NCBI GenBank assembly: GCA_965219575.1
Contig: OZ244779.1
Coordinates: 1-64,000, forward strand
Source: Candidatus Oxydemutatoraceae bacterium
Lineage (GTDB): Bacteria > Pseudomonadota > Gammaproteobacteria > Poriferisulfidales > Oxydemutatoraceae
DNA length: 64,000 bases
Direction of reading: 5' to 3'
Both the position numbers and the translations under genes were made by a program. Numbering within the stretch: position 1 is the stretch's first letter; each line of letters starts with the position of its first letter. Of this stretch, positions 1 to 11,439 are shown piece by piece. The notes under the pieces were generated by a model. That model was not told the DNA's origin and did not search any database. It saw only the letters and a program-made list of their open reading frames with translations.

Positions 1-422
1 CATAACATCCTTGCAGCACCGGCCAAAAACACCTTTGCATTGTTAAAACCATCCGCTCGGTATTTCGCCGGGTTATTAATTATGACATTGTTTTCAAAAA
101 AATCCGATAACCCTTCAACTTTGAGATTAACTTTCATTTTTTCGCATAACCATGCCACGGCTATCAAACCACAAAATATATTCGCGGTAGTTTTTAGACG
201 GTGACCGTCGAAGACAATGTGCTTGGTATCAATGAATTCTCTGCGATATAAACCGACATAATGTCTGGTCCTTCTAAAATCCGCCCAAGAGACCGATAGA
301 TACCATCCAGACCATGCTTTGATCTGCTCATATTTCGCTCTAGCAATCCAAATATATATATAACTATGGGCAATAAGCATCTCCAGCTTGCATATATCCC
401 AAAGTGTCGCTATTTTCCTCAT
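1..422 (-). CDS. Fucosyltransferase-like protein, paralog of 600..1622 (5' part only; runs off the window edge)
   Basis: Manual translation from ATG 422 gives MRKIATLWDICKLEMLIA...TKHIVFDGH...VAWLCEKMKVNLKVEGLSD, which aligns with the N-terminus of 600..1622; not in the ORF track because it is truncated. Confidence 0.8.
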   Translation of the reverse strand, partial: MRKIATLWDICKLEMLIAHSYIYIWIARAKYEQIKAWSGWYLSVSWADFRRTRHYVGLYRREFIDTKHIVFDGHRLKTTANIFCGLIAVAWLCEKMKVNLKVEGLSDFFENNVIINNPAKYRADGFNNAKVFLAGAARML

Positions 423-599
423 GCTCCGGTTTCTTTTATTCGTACGGAATATCTTAATCTACATGCGCAACATATTTAACGGGTCTGTTAACTATTTTGT
501 GTAACTTCGTTTTCTTTAATATTAAATCCGCCTTCGTATTCAATAGTTAACCAACTTCATCACAAAATGCAATAACCGCTTGCGCCTTCGTGTATGGTT

Positions 600-1622
600 T
601 CATAAATCAGACAGATAGCTCTTGTGAAACTTCTTTAACATATCATCCCGAGGAATAGGCACACCATGGGGAGAACCTCTGCCTATAGAAAATCTCTTGG
701 CAAGCCATCTTTCATCCAACGAGACAATCTTGATTGAGGGGTTTAAGAACCTTAGCGCATCTATAAAACCGGAACCCGATGTATACACCAAATTACTTTT
801 CGCCAAAATCAGCATATCTATCAAGGCATCTTTTTTTTGAGCAATACCCATATATTCCGGATCTTTATGGAGCGGACGATAGTCGTAGGAACGTTGAATG
901 TCTCTTGCAAATACTCTCCCCGGGAACGAAGCATGCATTTCATTAATGAACTGTGCTTGATCTGAACAGACCAAAATACTACACTCCTTGTCCAACACAA
1001 CCTTTAAGTAATCAATGTAATCTTCGAGCTTAATTCTACATCTGCTCTTATATTGTGTTTTCATATCCTTGAAATCCGTACCACGGAAATGAACTGCCAC
1101 CCAATCGCCTTTAATATGATCGGTAAACCACTCATCCGCACATTCCCGAATATCCTCTCTTATCGGCAACTTTGATAATATCTTGTATCCATATTCCGAG
1201 CGTATATACATAATCGCAATCCACAGCACCGGATTTGCATTAAACGCTTTCGTATTCTTAAAATGGTCTTCTCGGTATTCCGACATGTTATTAATTATCA
1301 GATCATCGGATAAAAGGTCGGATAAATCTTCTATTTTCAAATTAACTTTCATCTTTTCGCATAACCACGCTATGGCTGATAAACCCCCAAGTATATGCGC
1401 CATAGTTTTATTATGACCTCGAAAAACAATGTGCTTGGTACGAACGAATGCTTTGCGGTATGAAGCGATATAATTTCTCTTTCTCCAGAAATCTCTTATC
1501 AGACTTACGGATAATACGCTTCTCTGCTCATGTTGAGCTTTAGCAATCAAGGCATATAGACAACTGATAGCAAGCAAAATCTCTAGCTTGCACATATCCC
1601 AAAGTATCGCTATTCTTCTCAT
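600..1622 (-). CDS. GDP-fucose-type glycosyltransferase (NodZ/alpha-1,6- or O-fucosyltransferase-like)
   Basis: Fucosyltransferase motifs: VAVHFRGTD (I), ILVCSD (II), ALIDMLILAKS...SGSGF (III). Confidence 0.7.
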   Translation of the reverse strand: MRRIAILWDMCKLEILLAISCLYALIAKAQHEQRSVLSVSLIRDFWRKRNYIASYRKAFVRTKHIVFRGHNKTMAHILGGLSAIAWLCEKMKVNLKIEDLSDLLSDDLIINNMSEYREDHFKNTKAFNANPVLWIAIMYIRSEYGYKILSKLPIREDIRECADEWFTDHIKGDWVAVHFRGTDFKDMKTQYKSRCRIKLEDYIDYLKVVLDKECSILVCSDQAQFINEMHASFPGRVFARDIQRSYDYRPLHKDPEYMGIAQKKDALIDMLILAKSNLVYTSGSGFIDALRFLNPSIKIVSLDERWLAKRFSIGRGSPHGVPIPRDDMLKKFHKSYLSDL

Positions 1623-1654
1623 GCTCCGGTTTCTTTTATTTGTACAAAATATCG

Positions 1655-2056
1655 TTAATCTACATGCGCAACATATTTAGGCGTGTCGGTTAGAATAACT
1701 TCTAACTCATCGCCGTTGATTATAAACGATTGATCGAGTTGTTCAAAAAACAAACTTAGCCCGACATTTCCGGAAACACGGCAAGGCAAACGAATCGTAT
1801 CATGATAGACAAACACATTATCTTGAAACTCACCACCTTGCACTTTTTTCGGGAATTCCACTTTTGAGGCATCTAAATTAGCGTCAAAATCACCTTTGAC
1901 AACGATACGACCGCTCTGTCTCCAGCTAGTACGTTGTCGTGCCGCATCCATCACTTTGATAATGGAGGCATCGGAGAATATCAGCGTATATTGCTCTTTT
2001 TGAAACTTCAAATCGGTGATCAACATGTCCGGTAGTTGAAGCAATCTATAACTCAT
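1655..2056 (-). CDS. Hypothetical protein
   Basis: 133-aa ORF overlapping the gshA stop by 4 nt; no recognised motif. Confidence 0.7.
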   Translation of the reverse strand: MSYRLLQLPDMLITDLKFQKEQYTLIFSDASIIKVMDAARQRTSWRQSGRIVVKGDFDANLDASKVEFPKKVQGGEFQDNVFVYHDTIRLPCRVSGNVGLSLFFEQLDQSFIINGDELEVILTDTPKYVAHVD

Positions 2057-3642
2057 ATCAAATCACCCAACTGAGCATAGTAGTTTGCTATATACTCATC
2101 TAACGATAAATTATCGGTCATTTCCAACCGTTCTTGCTCGATGATGCTGTCCCGTGTTATTCTCTCGAATTGCTTCAAACGCCTCTCATCTATAGTGCTT
2201 TGCATAAAATAATTTTTCTTTTTTATTGCATAACGCCCGACCAAGTCAACAAAACTTTCTCGATTGTCTTGCATTTCCTCGAGTATCAATGCCGAAGGAC
2301 ACATTTCGGGGTTGTGAAATTTTTCTATCTGCTTTTGCAATGCCGAGCTATATACGGTGGTTGTGCATTGCTCATCCAATAAACCGCACACCGATTGCAT
2401 TTGTCGGCATAGTTCTATGCCCCATTCTTTTAGCTTTCGTTTTTTTTCTAAATCGTTCAACTCTAAACCGGGGCGACGGCCTTGATGAGCAACTTCGATC
2501 TCGTTGCCGTCGATCATTTGCCATTGATCGACTTCAATCGCCGGGCTGTCGTTAAACAAACAAAAAAGCATCAACGCTTCTATAAAACAAAACTGTTCGG
2601 TAGAGACACCGGCATTTTGAAATATATCGACATCGAGCGACCTAAGTTCCACATATTCAACACCTTTTTGCTTCAATGCGGCAAGCGGCATGTCGTTGGC
2701 GGTGCTTCGAGGTTTGGGGCGCATCGTGGTGTAATATTCATTTTCTATTTGCAAGATATTAGCATTCAACTGCAAATGTTCGCCGTCTTTTTTCACACCG
2801 ATATGTCTATAGGGCGCATATTCGGTACTCACCGCTCGCCATAAACTCAGCACATATTGGTCAACATTGTCGTAACAGGCTTTGACACCGATTTTAGCTT
2901 CTTGGTTGTTTTGATAACCGATATCTCCCATACGCAACGAAGTCGCATAAGGAGCGAATAAGGTGCTATCGTCGAAGTGTTCCAGATTGTGTGTATCACT
3001 CGCTGCAAAGGTTTTGCAAATAGCCGGGGAGGTGCCGAACAGATAGGGGATTGTCCATGCTAGGCGCAAAAAATTTCGGATTAAGCCCATATAATGTTCG
3101 GAGCGGAAATCGTGCATAGACTCGGTATTGCCTAAATACCGGCTGTACCATTCCCAGAATGGTTCGCCCAAGGAATAATTAAAGTGTACGCCGGCGATTA
3201 CTTGCATAAACCGACCATAACGATACCCCAAACCTTTCCTATAAATGGTTTTCATTCTACCGATATTAGAGGAACCGTAATAAGCAAGCGGAATACCCGT
3301 CTCTCCCCTTACGATGCACGGCATGCTTGCACACCATAATAACTCCTCGCCTATATTGGCATACACATAACGGTGTATATCTTCTAAAAATTCTAACGCT
3401 TGCGCCGAATTAACCTGCGGCGGAGTTACAAATTCCAACAACGCCTCCGAAAAATCGGTCGTAATATACGGATGTGTTAATGCGGAACCCAAGGCTTCGG
3501 GGTGTGCAGTCCTTGCCAAAGTACCGTCGGCTGCAACCCGCAAGGACTCTTTTTCTACGCCGACCAGGTGATGTTGCAGAGGCTTGCTCCGCTCGTCGGC
3601 AAGCGCACTTATAATTTTTTCTATTCTAGGAAGCGAAATCAC
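2053..3642 (-). CDS. gshA: Glutamate--cysteine ligase
   Basis: GVEKESLRV, HPYITTDFSEALLEFVTP, GVHFNYS, LQIENEYY, EYVELRSLD. Confidence 0.97.
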   Translation of the reverse strand: MISLPRIEKIISALADERSKPLQHHLVGVEKESLRVAADGTLARTAHPEALGSALTHPYITTDFSEALLEFVTPPQVNSAQALEFLEDIHRYVYANIGEELLWCASMPCIVRGETGIPLAYYGSSNIGRMKTIYRKGLGYRYGRFMQVIAGVHFNYSLGEPFWEWYSRYLGNTESMHDFRSEHYMGLIRNFLRLAWTIPYLFGTSPAICKTFAASDTHNLEHFDDSTLFAPYATSLRMGDIGYQNNQEAKIGVKACYDNVDQYVLSLWRAVSTEYAPYRHIGVKKDGEHLQLNANILQIENEYYTTMRPKPRSTANDMPLAALKQKGVEYVELRSLDVDIFQNAGVSTEQFCFIEALMLFCLFNDSPAIEVDQWQMIDGNEIEVAHQGRRPGLELNDLEKKRKLKEWGIELCRQMQSVCGLLDEQCTTTVYSSALQKQIEKFHNPEMCPSALILEEMQDNRESFVDLVGRYAIKKKNYFMQSTIDERRLKQFERITRDSIIEQERLEMTDNLSLDEYIANYYAQLGDLI

Positions 3643-4187
3643 AATTTAGAACTTTGCATAAAATTTCTATCGAAGCAAGGACCCGGATCGGTCTTTCGAC
3701 CGGGCGATATATCGCTATGGTATGTGATACGCGTCGGGTCCAGTTTAGGATAAGCAACCGTCAACGCAGACACGATCGAGCGCAGATATTCGTATTGCTG
3801 CCGTTCGTACGGCTCCGTCTCGCAACCTTCGATTTCTATGCCGATAGAAAAATCATTGCAATTCGGTCGTCCTTCGTAGCTCGAGCGGCCGGCGTGCCAA
3901 GCACGGCGGTGGAATGGAACGAATTGTATTATTTGTCCGTCTCGGCGTATTAACAAATGTGCGGATACATGCAAATCCTCCTCTAATTTTAAAGCCCTAG
4001 ATTGTTCCGCCGTCAGTCGGTTGGTAAATAATTGTTCTATCTCGGAGCCTCCGTAGCGACCGGGCGGCAGGCTGATGCAGTGAATTACTATAAGGTCGAT
4101 TTCCGCCTGCGGCGGGCGCGCGTCGTTATTCGGAGAAGACACATATCGAGCACCCTCCAACAAGTGTCGGACTAAATCAACTTTCAT
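3639..4187 (-). CDS. ampD: 1,6-anhydro-N-acetylmuramyl-L-alanine amidase
   Basis: IHCISLPPG, VSAHLLIRRDG, RAWHAG, NDFSIGIE, HSDISPGRKTDPGP. Confidence 0.96.
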   Translation of the reverse strand: MKVDLVRHLLEGARYVSSPNNDARPPQAEIDLIVIHCISLPPGRYGGSEIEQLFTNRLTAEQSRALKLEEDLHVSAHLLIRRDGQIIQFVPFHRRAWHAGRSSYEGRPNCNDFSIGIEIEGCETEPYERQQYEYLRSIVSALTVAYPKLDPTRITYHSDISPGRKTDPGPCFDRNFMQSSKL

Positions 4188-4684
4188 CGCTCACCCAGAA
4201 CTTTTGCATAATATTTCAACATCGCATTGTCAAAACACGCAAAAATAATGTCCATTCCCTCCCCGTATTGTGTGCAGCTACGCACTGCGATTTGCACCGC
4301 AGAGTCGATAGGATAGCCGTAAACACCACAACTGATTGCAGGAAATGCGATGCTATTCAAAGATAACGCTTGAGCCATGTTCAAACTATTCCGATAGCAG
4401 GCTTCCAATAATTGCGCTTCGTTCGCCCCGCCACCCTTCCATACCGGTCCTACCGTATGTATCACATAAGATGCCGGCAAACGGTAGGCTTTGGTCAACC
4501 GTGCCTCGCCGGTGGGACATCCTCCCAAGGTTTTACATTCCTCCGATAATTCGGGGCCTGCAGCACGATGTATCGCACCGTCGACACCCCCACCACCCAA
4601 CAATGTACTGTTGGCAGCGTTGACGATTGCATCGACCTCGAGTCGAGTAATATCCGTGTTAATCGCTCGGAGATCGGGTTTCAT
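4184..4684 (-). CDS. Macro-domain O-acetyl-ADP-ribose deacetylase (YmdB-like)
   Basis: DAIVNAAN, GGGGVDGAIHRAAG, VIHTVGP, AFPAISCGVYGYP. Confidence 0.95.
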   Translation of the reverse strand: MKPDLRAINTDITRLEVDAIVNAANSTLLGGGGVDGAIHRAAGPELSEECKTLGGCPTGEARLTKAYRLPASYVIHTVGPVWKGGGANEAQLLEACYRNSLNMAQALSLNSIAFPAISCGVYGYPIDSAVQIAVRSCTQYGEGMDIIFACFDNAMLKYYAKVLGER

Positions 4685-4723
4685 TACGGATTTTAATCAA
4701 GGTAGGCAGAATGAAAAATAATA

Positions 4724-5590
4724 TCAATGCTTGATCAACGTGCCTACACCACCGTCGGTCAACAATTCAAGCAATACGGCATGGGAGGTGCGTCCGTCTA
4801 TGATATGTGCCGATTCGGCACCTTGACCGATTGCCTTCAAGGCGCAAGCAACCTTGGGCAGCATCCCGCTGTGTATAATCTCCTGTTCTATCAGTTTAGA
4901 GATTTCCGTACTGGGGGCTTCGACGATTAATTGACCGTGACCGTCAAGCAGACCCTCGGTATTTGTCATCAAAATCAGCTTTTCGGCTTTCAGATGCCGT
5001 GCAATACTGCTTGCCACCCAATCTGCGTTGATGTTATAACATTCGCCTTCGCTACCGATTCCTAAAGGAGAGACCACCGGAATATGCGTCGGGTTGCATA
5101 CCAGTTCGCCAAACTCGGCAGAAATATCACTCACCTCTCCGACCATGCCTAAATCTATTCTTTCCGATATACCCTCCACGGTCTCGAGTTTAGTTGCCTT
5201 TATCAACCCGTCGGCTATGATGCTTTGCGCTGCTCCCTCGTGCTCCTTTATATATTGGGCGATGCTAATGTTGATAGTTCCTAAGGTCTCCGCAATTATA
5301 TCTATGGATGCCTTGTCGGTGACGCGCAAGCCGTGAAAAAATTTACTTTTTATACCGGCTGCCTTTAGGTTTGCGGAAATAGAGGAACCGCCACCGTGGA
5401 CGATTACCGGATGCATCCCGACCGCTTTCAATAATACAATATCCCTCGCAAAACTATGTTTCAATCGCTCCTCGGTCATCGCACTACCGCCGTATTTGAT
5501 AACGATGGCCTTGTTGCAAAATTTCTGTATATAAGGCAGTGCCTCGCTTAATATCTTGACTTTATCTCTGTTGCTTAAGTTATCGGTCAT
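4724..5590 (-). CDS. argB: Acetylglutamate kinase
   Basis: EALPYI, VIKYGG, VHGGG, NINAD, GMLPKV; follows algC as is usual in Gammaproteobacteria. Confidence 0.96.
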   Translation of the reverse strand: MTDNLSNRDKVKILSEALPYIQKFCNKAIVIKYGGSAMTEERLKHSFARDIVLLKAVGMHPVIVHGGGSSISANLKAAGIKSKFFHGLRVTDKASIDIIAETLGTINISIAQYIKEHEGAAQSIIADGLIKATKLETVEGISERIDLGMVGEVSDISAEFGELVCNPTHIPVVSPLGIGSEGECYNINADWVASSIARHLKAEKLILMTNTEGLLDGHGQLIVEAPSTEISKLIEQEIIHSGMLPKVACALKAIGQGAESAHIIDGRTSHAVLLELLTDGGVGTLIKH

Positions 5591-5602
5591 CGTTATGTCC
5601 CG

Positions 5603-6973
5603 TCAAAATGGTATTTGCAAGGAGGATTCTACGGATAATAATTGTTTTCTGAAAATATCTTTTATTTCGTTAAGCCGCGCTTTGTTGTCGGCTTCAAAGC
5701 GCACGACCAAACACGGTGTGGTGTTAGATGCACGTACCAACCCCCAACCGTCGTCGTAATTAACGCGTACACCGTCGGTATAATCAAGCTGTGCATCCTC
5801 GAAAAAAGCCAGCTTTAGAAAGCGGTTCATAAAGGTATGCTGATCTCCCTCGTCTTTCAGATGTATGTTCAATTCCGGCGTACCGATGCCTTGAGGAAAC
5901 ACGGCAAACATATCGCTACAAGTTTGGTCACCGCCGGCGTAAATCTCTAAGAGACGCGCCGCCGTATATAAAGCATCGTCAAAACCGTACCAGCGGTCAT
6001 TGAAAAAAATATGCCCGCTCATCTCACCCGCCAAAAGCGCGCCGCTTTGTTTGAGCGTAGACTTGACGTACGAATGTCCGGTCCTGCACATTCTAGGTTT
6101 GCCGCCGTTTTTTGCTATGACTTCGGCTAAGTGGCTTGACGATTTAACATCGTAGACGATGCAAGCACCGGGTCGATGCCGCAATAGATCTTGTGCATAC
6201 GCCATCATCTGAAGATCAGGCCATATAATATTGCCTAATTCGTCTACTACGCCTAGACGGTCTCCGTCGCCGTCAAAAGCAACACCGAGCTCCGAGTGTC
6301 GCGTTTTCACTTCAGCTATCAAATCTACGAGATTTTTCTCGTCGCTGGGGTTGGCATGATGATTGGGGAAATTTCCGTCTATATCGCAATACAAACAGTG
6401 CAATTCACATCCCAGAGCCTCGACTAACGCAACGACATAGGGGCCTGCGACACCGTTTCCACAATCGGCAACGAGCCTGACCGGACGCGTGATACGAATA
6501 TCCGATACCACTTTGTTTATATAAGGTTCTAGTACGTCGCACTGCTCATAACCACCTTGTCCTTTTTTGAAACGCCCTTTGACTACATCGTGGTACAGAG
6601 CCTGCACCTCGTCACCCGCCAGTGTATGTTCGGCGACCATCATCTTCAGCCCGTTATAATTCGGAGGGTTATGGCTACCGGTGATCATCAAACCGCAACC
6701 TGCTCCGTATTCATGGGCGGCAAAATACAGTACCGGCGTGGGCACTGCTCCCACATCTATTACTTGTACGCCTGCCGATTGTAAACCGTCCGATAATGCC
6801 TCGGCAAAGCGAGGGCTCGATAGTCTTCCGTCGCGCCCCAGTACGAAGCGCGATGCATCGGGATAACGGGTCGCTATCGCACGACCGATATCATAGACTA
6901 GGCTTTCATCGAGACCCTCATCGACTATACCGCGTACATCGTATGCGCGAAAAACACGTTGATCTACCGACAT
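5603..6973 (-). CDS. algC: Phosphomannomutase/phosphoglucomutase
   Basis: FRAYDVRG, TGSHNP, FDGDGDR, GEMSGH, VRASNT. Confidence 0.95.
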   Translation of the reverse strand: MSVDQRVFRAYDVRGIVDEGLDESLVYDIGRAIATRYPDASRFVLGRDGRLSSPRFAEALSDGLQSAGVQVIDVGAVPTPVLYFAAHEYGAGCGLMITGSHNPPNYNGLKMMVAEHTLAGDEVQALYHDVVKGRFKKGQGGYEQCDVLEPYINKVVSDIRITRPVRLVADCGNGVAGPYVVALVEALGCELHCLYCDIDGNFPNHHANPSDEKNLVDLIAEVKTRHSELGVAFDGDGDRLGVVDELGNIIWPDLQMMAYAQDLLRHRPGACIVYDVKSSSHLAEVIAKNGGKPRMCRTGHSYVKSTLKQSGALLAGEMSGHIFFNDRWYGFDDALYTAARLLEIYAGGDQTCSDMFAVFPQGIGTPELNIHLKDEGDQHTFMNRFLKLAFFEDAQLDYTDGVRVNYDDGWGLVRASNTTPCLVVRFEADNKARLNEIKDIFRKQLLSVESSLQIPF

Positions 6974-6975
6974 CG

Positions 6976-7434
6976 TTAATTGTTGCCGGAATGCCCGAAC
7001 CCTCTGTCGCTGCGTCGGCTTTGTTCGAATGACTCTACTCTCTCGAAATCAACCTGCATCGTGGGCACAAAAACAAGTTGTGCGATGCGATCTCCGGGAT
7101 TGATATCAAAGCAATCGGCACTGCGATTCCAACAAGAAATATAAATTTCTCCTTGGTAGTCCGAGTCTATTAAGCCAATCAGGTTACCCAACACGATACC
7201 GTGTTTGTGTCCTAAGCCGGAGCGAGGCAATACGATCGCTGCGAGCGACGGGTCCGCTATGTGGACGGCGATACCGCTCGATATCAATTCCACTTGTCCG
7301 GGCTTAAGTTCAAGCACATCGTCCAGACAAGCTCGTAAATCGACACCCGCCGAACCCGAAGTCGCATATTCCGGAAGCGGATATTGATTACCGATACGCG
7401 AGTCTACGACTTTAAGCTGTATGCGTTGTTTCAT
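6976..7434 (-). CDS. dut: dUTP diphosphatase
   Basis: [29 protein letters not shown]; start placed at ATG 7434 (track ORF extends to 7461). Confidence 0.97.
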   Translation of the reverse strand: MKQRIQLKVVDSRIGNQYPLPEYATSGSAGVDLRACLDDVLELKPGQVELISSGIAVHIADPSLAAIVLPRSGLGHKHGIVLGNLIGLIDSDYQGEIYISCWNRSADCFDINPGDRIAQLVFVPTMQVDFERVESFEQSRRSDRGFGHSGNN

Positions 7435-8656
7435 AAACTCGTGTATGTTCGTAGTAATCAACGATATGCTTGATAATTGCTTTCCCTAAATTGATCTTTG
7501 AATCCGGACCGAGTTCCGCCTTAGCGTTGCGCTTATATACGATTACTTTGTTATCGGGCGTGTCAAAACCGTAAGGATGATTCGTGCCGACTTTGTTGGC
7601 GACGATCATATCTAAACCTTTGGCGAGCAATTTTTTCTTGGCGTTGCGTTCAAGGTCTAGGGTTTCGGCGGCAAAGCCGACCAAAAAGGGACGCGGCTGC
7701 ATCGCCCCGACCGTCGCTAAAATGTCGGGTGTTTGAGTCAGATGCAAGCGCATCGCTTGCTTATCGCGCTTGATTTTATGGTCGGAAATTTGCTGTGCCC
7801 GATAATCACCGACTGCGGCACAAGCAATGAAAATGTGTGCATCGGGCACAACCCGAAGTGTTGTTTGCAACATATCGTCGGCGGACGATACATCGTATCT
7901 CTTAACCCGCTTCGGTGTCTCCAACGAAACCGGACCGGCGATTAAATGTACATCGGCTCCCACATCGACGGCGGCGGCGGCTAATGCAAAACCCATACGA
8001 CCCGAACTTCGGTTTGTAATATAACGCACCGGGTCTATCATTTCGTGCGTAGGTCCTGCGGTAATAACGACTTTATATCGGTTTAAGGTTTTACCGCAAC
8101 CCGATAATCGAATGATGCGGTGAACCAATTCCGAAGGCTCCAGCATACGCCCTTCGCCATCAGCACCGCATGCCTGTTCGCCGCTGTCCGGTCCCCAAAT
8201 CGTCATGCCGAAACTGCGTATTTTTTCAACATTGGCTTGTACTGCCGAGTGTAGCCACATGTGTTTATTCATCGCCGGAGCGAGTATCAACTTGTTATCG
8301 GAAGCAATACACACCGTAGATAATAAATCGTCGGCAATCCCGTGCGCCAGTTTGGCAATGAAATTAGCCGTAGCCGGTGCGATCATAATCACATCCGCCC
8401 AACGAGCCAAGTCTATATGCTTCATTCCGGTTCCTTCGGCCTCGTCAAATTGCTGCGATGCTACCGGATGTCCCGACAACGCCTGCAAGGTCAAGTTTGT
8501 TATAAAAGCCTGCGCCGAGGGTGTGGTGATTACACGAACCTCTGCACCTCGCTTACGCAGTTCGCGTACCAAATAAGCACTTTTATAGGCTGCGATACTA
8601 CCGCAAACGCCTAATAATAATCTCTTTCCGTTTAAGTCTTGCTTATTCGATTGCAT
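7412..8656 (-). CDS. coaBC: Bifunctional phosphopantothenoylcysteine decarboxylase/synthetase
   Basis: [43 protein letters not shown]. Confidence 0.97.
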   Translation of the reverse strand: MQSNKQDLNGKRLLLGVCGSIAAYKSAYLVRELRKRGAEVRVITTPSAQAFITNLTLQALSGHPVASQQFDEAEGTGMKHIDLARWADVIMIAPATANFIAKLAHGIADDLLSTVCIASDNKLILAPAMNKHMWLHSAVQANVEKIRSFGMTIWGPDSGEQACGADGEGRMLEPSELVHRIIRLSGCGKTLNRYKVVITAGPTHEMIDPVRYITNRSSGRMGFALAAAAVDVGADVHLIAGPVSLETPKRVKRYDVSSADDMLQTTLRVVPDAHIFIACAAVGDYRAQQISDHKIKRDKQAMRLHLTQTPDILATVGAMQPRPFLVGFAAETLDLERNAKKKLLAKGLDMIVANKVGTNHPYGFDTPDNKVIVYKRNAKAELGPDSKINLGKAIIKHIVDYYEHTRVYETTHTA

Positions 8657-8690
8657 GATCGCTACTTGTGTTTTTGATTTTAACCTTAAA

Positions 8691-10637
8691 TTAAAAGGGT
8701 AATTTTAGCTTATCCTTCAACCCTTCCAATAGATCCTCTTTGACTTTATCTTTTATCTTTTGTTCAACATCTCCTATTTTTTCTTCCACTTTTTCCTTGA
8801 TCTCGCTTTTATTCAATAATCCGTCCTTGATGAGGTTGCTCAAGTCGGGCTTATATTCCGGAGATTCCAAATTGCCCGAAATACGTATAGGTATTTGTAT
8901 ACGCTCGGCGGACTTCAATCGGGGATACAGCGTATAGTCGATGGTTGAATTGACGAGGTTCACCTGCCCTGCGCCTTTTACATCGAATAAAGGCATTTGC
9001 ACTGCGAGATCGTCATTCTTGGCAATACCTTTGTTCAATAATACGCTTGCATTCATCTCGTCAAAGATTAATTCTTCACCGGCAGTACGACGGGAGCGAC
9101 CTTCAAACAAAGCCACTACCCTTTCGACGATCGCCGCAAGCGACTGGTCCTGCAGTGCCCCTTCGGTGATACGAACATCCGCTTTGCCTGTAGAGGTTGC
9201 CAACATTTGGTCATAATCGCCCAGAGTCCCTTTTAACGCCATCTTGATTTGTGCTTGCCCGCGCACGGTTGCTTGACGGTCGGCACTCAATGCCGACTGT
9301 ACCTTGTCTATGGGAACTTGGTCGGCAGACAACTTGATTTGATAGGTGTCGGATGCCGGGTTTAACTCGGCATTTGCGGAGATTCGGCCTTGATGAAAAT
9401 CGGCTCGTTGTAAATTCAACACTATCCGATCACCGACCATAGAGCTTGTCAATAAAATCTGTTTTAGCTGTAAAGCATCATAATCGAGCGTCGGGATCGC
9501 AACATCAACCTTCGGATTTTCGTATAAATCGCTAAAACTGCCACGCCCCTCCACCTGCATATCACCGTATGAAACCTTGAACTTATCGACGACAAAGTCT
9601 CCTTTCAGTAATGCTTTATTTTGTGCGGCGGTGAATTGTAAATTTAAACCTTCGTCCAAACCCTCCACTTGTGCCGATGTGTTCAGATTATTGAGTTGCA
9701 CAACCGTCGCCGACGGGTCGGGCAACAACTCGGCTTTAACCTTAAGGCTTGCAGCCAATGCTTCGATATCCTCCGACAGTCCATCGGCACGTGCGTCCAG
9801 TTCAAGAGGAATCGCTTTATCTGCCGATAAGGTGCCGCCCGTCACTTCAAAACCGTCTACTTTGGCATTGACACGAGCAACCAAAGATGTGTCGGCTTGT
9901 GTCAATTCTATTTGAACGTCTACATCGCCGATTTTCACATCGCCGGTAGATAGATCCGGTAGCAGCTCGGTGTTCAATGCCACTTGGGCATTGAGACCCC
10001 TTAAACCTTCCGACAACGAATTAATGTCCGCATCTAAGGAAATCGGAGTAAACTCATCGAACGATAAAGCACCGCTATTAAAATTCAGATTATCAACCGC
10101 TATACGCGTATCGTTGAGGCGGTCATCCCAAAGTAGGTAGCCGTCTTGCAGTGCAATTCCACCGAAACCGGTCAACGCCACTGCTTGAGAAGCATCGACC
10201 GTCGTATCTTCATTTGTTTTTTGGTTCTCTCCGACGAGTAGCTTTAGGTCGTCAAAATTGAATTGACCTTGAGCATTTCTCACGACATTCGCTTTGATTC
10301 CTTTGAGTACTATGCCGTCTACCTGCGCTTCCTGTTTCAGCAAAGGTAATAACTTCAACCCTAACTGTATTTCTTGTGCTTCTAAAAACGGTGTATTACC
10401 GAAAGCGGGGTTTTCTCCGATTTGTAGCCCGGTTGCCGCAATACCCAAGGACGGGAATAGGCTCAAGTTTAGCGTTTCGAGTTCAACCGAGCGTTTGCCG
10501 TGTTTTTCAACATACGAGATAAATTGATCTTTATAATCGTTTGCGTCGAAGTAATACACAAAAATAGCACCGAATGCAATAATCAGTACTATTCCGAATA
10601 ACAGAAATAGGAATATTCCTTTTATTAACTTAAGCAT
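8691..10637 (-). CDS. AsmA family protein
   Basis: N-terminal TM helix then [20 protein letters not shown]; C-terminal AsmA_2-like IPIRISG. Confidence 0.85.
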   Translation of the reverse strand: MLKLIKGIFLFLLFGIVLIIAFGAIFVYYFDANDYKDQFISYVEKHGKRSVELETLNLSLFPSLGIAATGLQIGENPAFGNTPFLEAQEIQLGLKLLPLLKQEAQVDGIVLKGIKANVVRNAQGQFNFDDLKLLVGENQKTNEDTTVDASQAVALTGFGGIALQDGYLLWDDRLNDTRIAVDNLNFNSGALSFDEFTPISLDADINSLSEGLRGLNAQVALNTELLPDLSTGDVKIGDVDVQIELTQADTSLVARVNAKVDGFEVTGGTLSADKAIPLELDARADGLSEDIEALAASLKVKAELLPDPSATVVQLNNLNTSAQVEGLDEGLNLQFTAAQNKALLKGDFVVDKFKVSYGDMQVEGRGSFSDLYENPKVDVAIPTLDYDALQLKQILLTSSMVGDRIVLNLQRADFHQGRISANAELNPASDTYQIKLSADQVPIDKVQSALSADRQATVRGQAQIKMALKGTLGDYDQMLATSTGKADVRITEGALQDQSLAAIVERVVALFEGRSRRTAGEELIFDEMNASVLLNKGIAKNDDLAVQMPLFDVKGAGQVNLVNSTIDYTLYPRLKSAERIQIPIRISGNLESPEYKPDLSNLIKDGLLNKSEIKEKVEEKIGDVEQKIKDKVKEDLLEGLKDKLKLPF

Positions 10638-11115
10638 TCTCTTGACGACGCCAGGTTCCCGAACGCCCCCCGGATTTTTCTATTAGGCGAATGTTATCGA
10701 TAACCATCCCCCTATCCATTGCTTTACACATATCGTAAATAGTCAACAGTGCAATTTGAACCGCAGTGATCGCCTCCATCTCCACACCGGTCTTTGCATT
10801 CACTTCGGCACGACTACGACAAACAACCGTAGGCGGATCCCGATCGGGTTCAAAGCTCAGGTCTATAGAAGAGAGACCGATCGGGTGACACAACGGTATC
10901 AGCTCGGCAGTGCGTTTAGCTGCCATAATACCTGCGAGCCGAGCAACACCCAATACATCACCCTTGGCAGACTCTCCGGCTAAGATCGTCTGTAGCGTTT
11001 GCGCCTTTAGTAAAATGCGTCCCTCGGCAATTGCCACCCTATGGGTGACGGCTTTATCGCCGACATCGACCATTCTTGCGTTGCCTTGTTTATCAAAGTG
11101 TGTTAACTCGGACAT
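10630..11115 (-). CDS. moaC: Cyclic pyranopterin monophosphate synthase
   Basis: LTHFD, MVDVGDK, LIPLCHP, TGVEMEA, YDMCKA, KSGGRSG. Confidence 0.97.
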   Translation of the reverse strand: MSELTHFDKQGNARMVDVGDKAVTHRVAIAEGRILLKAQTLQTILAGESAKGDVLGVARLAGIMAAKRTAELIPLCHPIGLSSIDLSFEPDRDPPTVVCRSRAEVNAKTGVEMEAITAVQIALLTIYDMCKAMDRGMVIDNIRLIEKSGGRSGTWRRQENA

Positions 11116-11177
11116 ATCTTTTTTAGTTTAATACGCGGTAAAATAGTTTTTTTGGAGTATCAAAATAAGAGTATAGC

Positions 11178-11405
11178 ATGATAAAAGTTAGATATTTCGC
11201 ATCGTTGCGCGAACAAATAGGGCGAGACCTAGATATTATAGAAGATACCGGCGACATATCGTCGGTGAAAGAACTGAAAATCAGCTTATCGAGCGTAGTA
11301 CCACCGCAAACTTTATGTGCGGTCAACTACGAGTATGCCGGCGACGATACACCGGTTAAGGACGGCGACGAGGTTGCTTTTTTCCCGCCGGTTACCGGCG
11401 GGTGA
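11178..11405 (+). CDS. moaD: Molybdopterin synthase sulfur carrier subunit
   Basis: YFASLRE ... GDEVAFFPPVTGG C-terminal diglycine. Confidence 0.93.
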   Translation: MIKVRYFASLREQIGRDLDIIEDTGDISSVKELKISLSSVVPPQTLCAVNYEYAGDDTPVKDGDEVAFFPPVTGG

Positions 11406-11439
11406 ATGAACAAAGGCAAACATAGATTACTAATAAGGA

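Noticed and set aside
574-587. Isolated TAACCGCTTGCGCC matching a MITE internal motif
   Set aside because: No termini or other modules nearby; too short to call an element
4184-4684. Macro domain (and radC JAB domain) as anti-phage defence components
   Set aside because: Both are ordinary stand-alone chromosomal forms with no DarT, CBASS or other partner genes
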